Assembly: GCA_964304625.1 (NCBI GenBank)
Contig: OZ199838.1
Coordinates: 605,059 to 669,058, forward strand
Direction: 5' to 3'
From: Kudoa neothunni
Taxonomy: Eukaryota > Animalia > Cnidaria
DNA length: 64,000 bases
Of this stretch, positions 53,033 to 64,000 are shown piece after piece. Numbering within the stretch: position 1 is the stretch's first letter; every line of letters starts with the position of its first letter. Position numbers and translations under genes: made by a program. The notes beneath the pieces were generated by a model. That model did no database searches and was not told the origin of the DNA. It saw only the letters and a program-made list of their open reading frames with translations.

Positions 53033-56000
53033 TAACGGAGGAATTCTTGTATAATAGAATGAAAGATTAATGGAAAAATCCCACTTTTTTATAATAGGCA
53101 TTAAAAGAAAAATAAATAGAGTTTTTTAGTTACATTTTTATCAATTAATTCACATAATTCTGACAAGTATATGAATGAGAAACATGCATATAAGCTATTT
53201 CATGACTATTTAATGGTGACTCGCATTGAAATCTAGTTACGCAATAATTTGTTGTAACGGAGTAATCAATCTAATTGCATACTGTACAACATTAAAAAGT
53301 ATATCTTGGAAATATTTAGTTTTTATGAAATAACCTTCTGAATAAATTTTGTTTTATAGAATTCTTTGAAACTCAATTATAAAACATGGAAATTTTGTAA
53401 GAAATATAAAATACTTATAAGAAAAAATAACGCAAGGGTGTATTCCAAATTTTGAATAATTACGCCAATGTTAAAACTTATCTAATTATAACGAATGTAT
53501 GATGATAACATTGGATTCAGCTTTCACTGAAATTGCTCCATATAGAGTAGTTTTAGCTTTAATTTAAATTTTTTTGACGATTCTTGATGAATAAATACCA
53601 AATCTTATCACTAAAGAGACTGATTTTATTGTTTTTCTAATATAGTTAACCACTCCTAAAGTTACGTGAGAAAATAATTATTCATAGCCCCTTCATTGAA
53701 TATCCTCCTTACTCCATCAATATTCTATCTAAATAAGTTTCAAAACTAAAAAACAAATTAATAAATGTTAAAAAAACTATTTAGGCCTTAAAACTTGAAA
53801 GAATTTTCAGTTTCGTTAAATTACGAAACTGAAAATTAATTAGATAATCAATTAGTCAATTAGTACGAAAATAATATAATCCAACAACCCGAACTTAAAT
53901 TTAATTAAGGATTTCATAAAAATTATTGATTAAACTAAAATTAAGCATTTCGAGGGAACAAAAAAGTGGATATAATTCGACACAGTCGGGTCCCGGATTG
54001 TACGCAAATTCCGGACGTTCTCGTAAAATCGGATTATAACATTGTGGTAAGTACACATCCATATTTCTTTAATATACTTATTTCATAGGTAATTTATTAT
54101 AATTTTTTTAATTAAATATAAGTAACAAATTTTTATTTGATTTATTAAAAATGATGATATTAATAAATATATCAACAACATTCGAACAGTAATTAAAAAG
54201 TTTGTAACATCTAAAATACCGTTTTGCACTTTCTTTTTATTTTTTTCACAACGAATTTTATTTATAAAAATAAATAAGTAGAGAAAAAATTTAGCCAGAT
54301 GATATAACTTCTAATTTTTAATCAAATTTCACTTCGAGTAAAATCGCCCCCTCACGTTATGCCTCGATGGCTTACAGAAATCGTGAACTTCCTAAATCAT
54401 TACTTATTTTAATACATCCTTTACCTAAAACTTCTTATGTTATTTTAAAAAATTACTACTTGGCCAAAAAGTTGATTTGAATGTTCTATATAATAATGTT
54501 GTATTTTATAAAATGAATAAATTAATTTTAGTGAAATCTTAAACCGTGAAATTTAAATATGACCAATTATTATTAAGAAAAAATTTGATTTTTAGATTAT
54601 ATAATTTTTTAGTATATTTCATATTAGTAGATAATAATTTATATCGGAATTTATATAAAAAGTATAGTTTATAAAATAAAATGTAGTTTAATATTCGATA
54701 AATTTATTGTATGTCTACAATAATTCTCGGAAAATATTAAAAATTGTTTTATTCATGATAAAAAAATAAAGTATAGCGATTCTTAAAATACTCAGTAGGA
54801 GATGTTTAAAACTTTTGATTTATCAATTATTATTGTTTCATTTATATTAAGACTAATTATTGTTGTATTCTATTTGATTAAATAAAACTATAAAAAAAGA
54901 AACATTTTGTTTTATATGAATATAATATTATTCAAATTCTAAATATGGACTATAACAGTATTTGGTTTTATTTTCCATATCTTAAATCCATTTTTTTTTA
55001 AATTTCCACATCAATGAAGTTTAAAGAAAAATTCAACAGATATCACTCAATTTCTTTATTATTTTGTTTTAATGAAATTATCAGTCTGATATATTTTCCA
55101 AGATTTTACACAAGCATTTAATAATTTATTTATACAAATTATTGATATTCAAATTTTTTAAACGAAATTCAATAAATATAACGGGAGAACAATACATTAA
55201 TTAATATATTTTTAAATAACTAAAGTATGGTTGTTGGAATAATTTGTTTTGTATCTTAACAGCATTTTTGCATGGTATCAAAAGACTAAAATTTAATTAT
55301 TATAAAAATCTATTTACAATATTCTAATTAAAAAAATGATCGTTCTTTTTTTAAATTTTATATGCAAATTTATTTTTTGGTTCACAATAAATCGGTACAT
55401 TCTTCTACTAGGTATTCCTCAGAGTGAAACCGATATCTCTCTTTTTATGAACAGACAATGCTACATAGGGTAACTCCATAAAGTAAGAGTATATGTTATA
55501 TTATTCTAGATTCATCTAAAGTTTTATATATTTCTTCTCGTTTAATTTTTAATAGACAAATTTTAATTATAATTTTGTAGATTCGGAAAATTTTTTACAA
55601 TCATATAAAAGTGTTATCATATGTTTAGTAATAAATATTAATATTAGATTAATATTATTTCTATTAAGTCATATCTTTCATATGAAGTTTTAGAATAAAA
55701 TTAAGGTATTAATTAACATTGTTTCATTTGAATAATTAATTTTTAAACGATATGCTATGAGTCCTTAGCTATTATTAACTTGTTGTAATAAAGATAACGT
55801 AAATAAAATTTATAAAAATTCAATTATAAATGTAAATGAAATAATAAAATTTATTCCTTAACAAAATGTTTTTTAATGCGTTATATATAGCTCTCGAATT
55901 TTAATAATGTTTTAATATCAAATTTCACACCACTAAGAAGAGACGTTACTTCCCGCTTATTATCGATATTCCTATTAATGCAAATAAAATTTTGTACTAT

Positions 56001-56830
56001 CAGAATATTTGATAAATTATAAACAATAAAATAAGTTACATCAACAGAAGTAGTAATAATTCGTTTAAAATTCAATTAACATTGTTCATTTTATAAGAAT
56101 TATAAAAAATAGAATCGATAATAAATTTTAATGGTTCCCATTGTGTCATTTATGATAATTACAAAATACTTTTCATTTTTAAATATTTCTAATTGAAATT
56201 TGCACTATGTTTAATTATGATAATTTTTTTTAGATAAAATAATGTATTAATTACTTAAAGTGAATCCATATCGACCAATAAAATAATAAATTATCGTCAA
56301 TATTATAGCACATGTGATATCATTAACAACGAAATTTTATTCGAAATAAAATGGATTAAATATAAATGATTTGGGAGATATATGATTTGTTTAATATTAG
56401 ATTATTTCAAACATTAATAAAGGATAAGAAGAGCTGTTGATTATTAATGAATTTTATTTTTTCTCTCCAAGAAAAAAGATAAAAATTGGTTATAATCCGA
56501 ATGAAAATATTAGAAATTATTATTCAGACAACTAGCAGTAGTTAGATAATCATACATATTATTTGATCTGATTCAATTCTGTGCGTTAAACATGTGAATG
56601 AAATCTCATTTACACAAATCTTCAGTTATTATGAGATAATAATTATTTATATAAATTGTAATAGAATTTAAATGATAATATTTTTCTATAGAGTATTTCT
56701 AAGAAATTAAAAGCTTGAATCATAAATAATCGATAATAGATTTTTCAATAGGTTAATTAATAAGAAAAGAGAACAATCATTATTTATCTGTAATAAATGT
56801 TTTTTGAATACATTAGCCTAATAAGAAACA

Positions 56831-57899
56831 ATGTTCACTCCAGCTATGTGCACATTAATATATCTTGTTATAAGTAATATAAAATGTGACTAAAAATAAT
56901 TATTCATTAAAGTAAGCTTCGATTTTTCTTTTTGCTTTGATGAAATCAATATCGTGAACCATACATCCTCAAAAATCAAACTCAGTGAAAATGCCTTGAA
57001 ACTTTTGGTTCATGAACTACTATTTCAAATGTACCCGAGCAATCACCCCATTTTTATGACTAGGGTTTTATAAATTTTAATTAAAAATTCCAACAAAGCA
57101 ATTCTAGGTTATTAGAAACATTTTAAGCATCCTACCGTTTGGCAATCTAATTAGTAAAATAATGGATTATTCAATTATTTGCAAGGAATTGGCTATCTGC
57201 GATAAAAATACAGAACGTAACACCAACTTTCGAATATGGCGTTAATTTTTTCTAGTCAAACAATTTCATAGACGATACTATGGTTGCTTACCATGTCTTG
57301 TAGGTTTAACAATAAACTAAATTTCATCATTATTTTTAGATTAGAGCTCACTCGGCTGTCTTATCTCTCAGTATATTAATAAAAGAAAAAAGAGACGAAA
57401 ATCTTTTTTTATTAAAGGTAATTTTTTTAGGAATATTAAAATCTAGAGTTTACCTATTGTTTATACATCACAGTATGAAGTTTCAAATGATGTCTACTTT
57501 CATGTATTCTCACCTCATATACCCCCTTCATTTTGTGTAATACAAGGTCTGTGCCCTCCTCAGTAAATTATACATCCAATTATTCTAAAAAAATGAGATT
57601 TACATAGGATTTTATCACGGCATGATACAATATATTTAATTCATATGGATATTCCAAGGAAAAAGTAAATATAAAAACATGCTCTCAATGCTTGTAATTA
57701 TATTAAGATATATGAATGCCACAAGATATCACAGTAGTTAGAATAATATTTAACGTAGATTATAATACATTTAGACTATTACAATGTTAACAAAGATTTA
57801 CTATCCCCTTGGTTCTCCATTAGGTGGTTTGATTATCTTGAAAATATCTCAGTCATTGATATATTTGAACTTTTCGAGAGCAAAAATATAAAAATATAG
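56831..57899 (+). CDS. Secreted orphan protein, paralogue A (saposin-like Cys spacing)
   Basis: Nine exons: MFTPAMCTLIYLVIISFDFSFC...KIKLSENALKLLVHEL...ICKELAIC...RYYGCLPCLIRAHSAVLSL...VYFHVFSPHIPPSFCVIQGLCP...LLSPWFS; colinear with paralogue B. Confidence 0.8.
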
Positions 57900-59339
57900 A
57901 ATAACTGTCGGTATATCAACATGAAAATGAACTTATTAATTATATTTTTGGAAACTCATATCTATATAATTCTTTGAAACCTTTTTTTTGAATATTTTTT
58001 CAACAGTTAACAATATTTTCATTATATGATTTATTAAATTATATTTTCTATAATGCACATTATAATTTTAAGATAAGAATTTTATTTAGTAATTGATTTT
58101 TAGTTTCAGTCAGATGAATTAAAATGATTTTTACTCCTCTAAAAGCCATTCAATAAAAAATTATCAGGGTTCTATAAAGAAGACCATTTATCAATATATT
58201 CAATTTTATTTATTAAAATGAATTATACGTGTTACAAATTAATAAATAAATACTTCGTTTATTATAGATTTTCTAAATTAACTAAAAGATATACCATGTT
58301 GATTGATTATCAATATTCCACGTTTATCTAACCTATAAGTGACTCTAAAAGATTAATATTTTAATTTGTTGGAAAACTAATAAACTTAGAAGTAATTTTC
58401 GTGTTAAATTGAGGGATTGCTGAGAAAATTATCATGAATACTTATTAAAATATAAATTTCATAAATTTGTAATCGGAGTAAACATTCCCAAGTAAAAGTT
58501 TAAATCGATTATTTATTTAGGATCCTTGAATATTTTTCGTCTTTAATATAAAATTAAATAAGGATATAATATATTTTGAGGACGTTAGAAACGAAAATTA
58601 AACTATTTAACGTAACTACTTTTCTGCGTTACTTGGAGATAAATCTATTTATATGCGTCATATATTGTAGTTTCAATGTTATTATTTTTAACGTATTTGC
58701 TTAAGATAATAAGTATAATAAACTAATGTTCTAGTCAAGATTTTGGTAAATTTAATAAGGGTTCTTTTCAGGAAATAATTTATTCGATAAGAATATTTTT
58801 TGCTATAAATCGTTGGTTATTGATAGTCATTATTATATTTGTATTGGTTGGAAATAAAAACAAAATTCAGAATCATATTCATTATAAAAAAAATGGATTA
58901 GCTATGAAAAACCTTAAATTTCCATATTGTACTACATTAATTCATGTAGTTTAATAAAAAATATAATAAGCATTTAATTAATTTTTATTTAAAAAGCTTA
59001 ATAAGGAACATTCGCATGGATTCCACGATTGGATTATTAGAAAGAAATAGTGTAATTATTTTAGTCATGAGAATATTAAAATCTGTTATAAAAAACAATT
59101 TATTTTGAGTTTTAATAATATTAATAGGAGAAATAGATTTATTGACTATAATAAATTATGAATATATACGTCAAAAAATCAATAAATAATTGTTCACACT
59201 GATAATTAAATGATAATTCGTTATTCCATCCATCCATCCAAAATTGGCGTAAAAAATATTTTAAATAATTAACATTAAATTATTTTTATTGATAAATATT
59301 ATTTCTGAATTAAAGATACAATCATAATTTCGATTGTTA

Positions 59340-59640
59340 CATAGTTATTATCCCAGATTTTGGCATGCTCACAACAAGATATCGGAATTAATAAATACTG
59401 GAAGTTTTAGTATTCATTTGAAAAAAGTGGTATGAAGGTATCACGATTAATAAAATTAATAGTTATAATAGGGCTACCAGTTAAAGATTTTTGTTAATAA
59501 TTAGAGATATGTAAACATGTAAGTTTATAAATAGCGGCATTTCAGTATTATCGCATCTTTCTTTGTGGTTTAAAGAACAGATATTCTGTGTTCCTACACC
59601 CTATCTCCTAACCTCCACATTACCAAATTGTATGCTTGAT
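59340..59640 (-). pseudogene. Possible Merlin/ISXO2 transposase remnant
   Basis: IW*CGG*E (WVFGG.E like) followed by RKDAIIL/MPLFI (R.A.TL.PLI like); very decayed. Confidence 0.3.
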
Positions 59641-60831
59641 TATAATATTTTCCTGCAATTTAATCCAAATTATTGTCATAGAATGTTGTTCGAGGTGTAA
59701 TTAGTTAAAATAAGATTCGTTGTCTCGTTTAGTATTCAATAATTTATTTTAATGATCATTACTACGTGACGTGGTAAGCGCTAGGAGAATTTTATTGATT
59801 ATTAATTAAATAGCATCTACGGAGCTATACATTCATTGAAGCAGATTTTAATATTATTGATTTCTATATACATATATATATATATTGCGGTAAGATATAT
59901 TTTTTCTTCTTTAATATTCAAATAACATTTAATTCCAATGTGCTTTTGTATAAAATTGGTTAAATATTATATTTAATTAGAAATAACGATGTTGAACTAG
60001 TAAATTATTAGACCATGTTAAAAAATTAATGAAACAGTTAAATATAATCCACTTACTCCTATTCATTCAGTAAATAATAAAAATATAGAATAGTTCCCAG
60101 TTTAACGATGGTTTATTGACATAATTTAAACAATAGATTGGGATTGTACAAAAGTTCGTATTACTTTAACTTCATTTTTTACAAAATATTTAATTATTAC
60201 AATAATTAGCTTTTTAAGCGCATAATTAATTTTTAATTATCATGCCAGTAATTAAATTTACAAGAAGTTTCATTCGGTTACTCATTTTTAGAGTTTAATA
60301 ATTCATCATTGTTGCGTTAATAAATTATGAGAAAACATAAATATTTCAAAATATAATATCTGAATAAAATGTAACAATAAAAAAAATAATAAAAATAATT
60401 TTAACGTTGATAAATAATTCCTAATTGAAAGAGTGATAGATTAAAGAGAATTTTTTAGATTATATTAAATGTATTTATTATGATAATAATTGTAACAACG
60501 ATAATATTCGTGACGAAAAATTAATAATATTCGAAAATAAGAATAATAACATTCTCTAATAAATTTTAATTATATTTGATCACCTCTATTAAAATTTAAT
60601 TTAAAATAAATGATTTTTTTATCAACGCCCACAATTGCCTTGTATCACAAACGATAACAATAATAAATTTTTTCAAAATGTATTAGTTTTTCATATTTAT
60701 TGTATAGCATATATTATCTCTTAAAAAAGACATATCAGCTTTAAAATTTCTAACTGTCCTAATATTACTTTAATTATTCCTCAGCAGATAATTATTAAAT
60801 TTTATCGCCTTTAATCACAAATTGTAATCAA

Positions 60832-61941
60832 ATGACAAACCGATATATCTATAAATCAGTACTAATCATCGCAGGTAACCAAAAAATTACTTAGAGCGAC
60901 TAATTTTTTAATGTAGTGGTTTCTTCTGTTGCATTGTTTAACAACAGACTCAGTCGTAACAAATATGATGCTGCCAAAATCAAGTTAACAAAAGATTCCC
61001 GTAGAACATTGGTTCATGAGCTACAAGATATAATGCACAACGAAAATTTACCTGATAGAATGATAAAGGTTCCATATTTAGTACTGATAAACAGTAATAA
61101 ATACATTTAGATTACCAGAAAAATATTAATTGAACTACCATATGAGAAAATTTTAACAAGAATATTAAATTTCCGACAGCTTTGTGTTTATTTGACAGTT
61201 TGCAACGAAAACAATAAAAGTATATTAATGATGTCTATTTATATTAATTTTTTTAGTATCAATTATAAAGTCTCGATATAAACGTTGCTTACCATGCCTT
61301 GTAGATTTCGTTAAGCGATAAATCTCTTAAGTATTAAGTATATTTTAGATAAATGGCCACTCGGCTGTTTCATCACTGGAGAAATATATAGAAACAAAAG
61401 GAAATATAGATATATTCTCAGCGGATGTAATTTAATAAAATAATTTCAATGAAAATTGTCGATTTAACTTTTCTCAACTTTAGATATCATCATCACCTCC
61501 TGTTTACTTTGAAATATTCAAACCTAATATGCCCCCGGTATTTTGTGTACTTCAAAACTTCTGCCCTATTAGGTAAATTTAGAGTGTACATTATTTTATA
61601 GTTTAATTGATAAATAGGGTTTTAAATAAATACGACCTATTATACATGGATTTGATGAACACTCCAATTAAAAAGTATATCTTTAAATAATGTTTATTAA
61701 TTTGAGATCATTTAAGGTATAAGAAAGCACAAGCAACTAAAAGTTAATTATATTTATCTATGATTTAGATAAAGTTGTTTTAGGAACTTACAAGGATACA
61801 AAATATTTGCTGTCTCCGTGGTTCTCCAATCAATTTTTTGATTTAATCGAAAATTTCAAAACTGAAGATTTAATTAACTTATTCGAGACCCATAATATAA
61901 CTCTACCTAGCAGAATTACAAACTATACTATGCAACTATGA
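60832..61941 (+). CDS. Secreted orphan protein, paralogue B (saposin-like Cys spacing)
   Basis: Nine exons: MTNRYIYKSVLIIAVVSSVA...KIKLTKDSRRTLVHEL...LCVYLTVC...RYKRCLPCLINGHSAVSSL...VYFEIFKPNMPPVFCVLQNFCP...LLSPWFS...; stop TGA 61939-61941. Confidence 0.83.
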
Positions 61942-62249
61942 ATGATTCAACAAATATAAACTATTGTCGTATTTGTTATGTTGTTTGATAATTTTTATCA
62001 ATATTATCTACTTGATATAAATTACCAACGAATTTTGACTTCTTTTTCCGTTAACATATTGTTTCCCACTTTTTTTGGCCCACTATTTTTTAAATGTATT
62101 GATTATTCTATCATAAACTGTTTTAACGTAGTATAAAGCTCCTATCACATAAAAATTTGAAAGAAATTAATATATACTTTTTTTTATTAAAATTCAAATT
62201 TATTCGGTCAGATCTAACTTAATGTATCAAAATACACTAAAATGAAACA

Positions 62250-62700
62250 TCTTTATTTCTTCATTTCGCCATAAACTGCATTTAACGAAATTCATGGTAA
62301 TCCGACTTTCATTAGGATAAAACATCGTGCTTACGGGGCTAATAAAAAAGGGGAAAATAAATGAGATAAATACATTAATAATCAATGTTATTTATATTAG
62401 GTTTAATCAAAAAAGAGTTATATGATTATATATGAGACAAGATTGACATTCGAGTCATTCTGATCTTAATCTGTTATAAACACATTAATTATTATTAATT
62501 TTTATACAACCCATCATTGATTTATGTATTTTTTATGGTATTAATAGTCAGCTATAAATAATTGATATCACAAATAGCTAAATCAACTTAAAATTACGTC
62601 ATGCTGCCAAATCATCTCATCAATACTTATGATTTTCCGCGTCACACCAAGGCGTATCACTAAACGTTCCAAAATTTCTATTCCCCAACAAAATGTGTTC
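62250..62700 (-). pseudogene. Merlin/ISXO2-like transposase remnant
   Basis: RLGVTRKIISIDE resembles the LGG.G.IVEIDE catalytic block; FISP further downstream (FVDP like). Confidence 0.45.
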
Positions 62701-63678
62701 ACTTCAAAAGTTTAGAAATCTCGCATTAATTATTTATTTTGGTCTCATTACAACTTATATTTATCTCACAGTTATTTATATTAAGATTTATCTTTAAGCA
62801 GTGTCTATTGTTTCTTACAAATTCGGTTTAATGTTGTTAAGCAATCTGTTTTAAATTACGATCCTTTAATAAATTACCATAGTATATTAAATATTTATAT
62901 GTAATAAATGTGAGATGATGATCTGTAGGAACATGCGTTAAATTTCGTTATTTAGGAAATATAAAACATTATTATTCTTGTAATTTAACACAATAAATTA
63001 TCATGTTTATTCCTATATTCGTTTTTAATCTTGTAATGAATTATTTTTTAACTTTTATGATCGGTAAATCTGTTAGTTCTTCGTATAATATAATAAGAAG
63101 TTGTTGGTATAATGAACATGTGATAAGTTTATAATGTAATAAATTCTTTAACAAAACCATTTTATTAATAGTTACAAAATTTTTTATGTGTATTAAAGTC
63201 ATTGTAGTGATTCTCATTAACTCAAAACTTTAAAGAGCGCTGAATGTCCAATGTTGATTTTTTTGACGTTGATCTTCACATAGAATCATTCAATATAGTG
63301 TATGATGAAAAATATTTTATTTTATTAATATCAACTGTAATATTTTAACTTATAACTTAATTTAATCAAAAAAAATCGATTATTTATATACTCACTTATT
63401 TAGAATTTGTATTTAAAATGTAACTTGAACAATATTAGTTGAAATATTACGTGATTGCCCATTATTTAACTTTAAATCATAATTAAAATGTTGTTTGACA
63501 AAGCTAGATATATAATTACTTATTGGTGATTAAATTTATGCAGTTTTTGACTTGATATTTTTATATTAACCAAAAAAACGTTGTTCCCATTACTGATGTT
63601 GCATATAATTTGAGCCATTAAAATAAGACTGAAATATTTTAGAATATGATAAAAACATAGTTAAAAATTTGTTCTGAC

Positions 63679-64000
63679 TTATCGTTCAACTATGTCGTTA
63701 TCATTAGGAGAGACTTTTTTGTTAGTTTCCATTATTAAATTATATTTTTTTATTATTTTACTAAGCCAAGATAAAATTTCTTCGGTTTTCTCTTCAAACA
63801 TTCCGATCGCCCCCATCTCGAATGGTCCCCAAGAGTCTGTGGTCGCAACAAAATACACGGGAGCTTTAAAATCTCTTAGCTTGTAGTAGCATCGATAAAA
63901 AACATTTTAGGGTATGTTTCAAGGATTTATTTCATTCTCAAATAAAGTCTTATCTATTTTCAAAGATTTCTATATATGTGCCTTGTTACTTTTTTAGATT
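63679..64000 (-). pseudogene. MULE/ZSWIM3-type transposase remnant running off the window
   Basis: YPKMFFIDAT, frameshift, YKLRDFKAPVYFVATTDSWG...GMFEEKTEEILSWL (YPE...DATYK...P.Y motif). Confidence 0.6.

Noticed and set aside
53050-53740. Possible minus-strand gene
   Set aside because: No consistent spliced frame or recognisable motif could be built.
3799-63886. Many short ORFs in the supplied track (e.g. 3799-3993, 5019-5243, 8457-8666, 30251-30448, 48734-48973, 63692-63886)
   Set aside because: Antisense shadows of transposases or exons, or chance ORFs in AT-rich DNA.

Overview
Very AT-rich eukaryotic (animal) genomic DNA, not prokaryotic. Compact genes with tiny GT-AG introns (about 38-80 nt) sit in a graveyard of decayed DNA transposons. 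Genes reconstructed by manual splicing: 3' end of RAD50 (+), a claudin/PMP22-like 4-TM protein (-), ROGDI/Rav2 (-), CCDC6-like (+), a Cys-rich WSC-like protein resembling a cnidarian domain (-), a vWA-domain protein (-), NUP54 (-), two unresolved orphan loci, and a tandem pair of secreted paralogues with a saposin-like cysteine pattern (+). Mobile DNA includes about ten piggyBac elements or remnants (some nested or abutting), plus mariner, pogo/Tigger, hAT, MULE, probable Merlin, LINE and Gypsy fragments. There is a 2.2 kb C-free pentamer satellite and a perfect 35 bp x 7 minisatellite. Strongly diverged metazoan genes, tiny introns, AT bias and the cnidarian-like domain suggest a myxozoan (parasitic cnidarian); this is inference only. 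Best candidates for new biology are the secreted paralogue pair, the micro-exon-built claudin loop, and the satellite with its Helentron-like flank. All homology calls come from motif recognition by eye; no searches were run.
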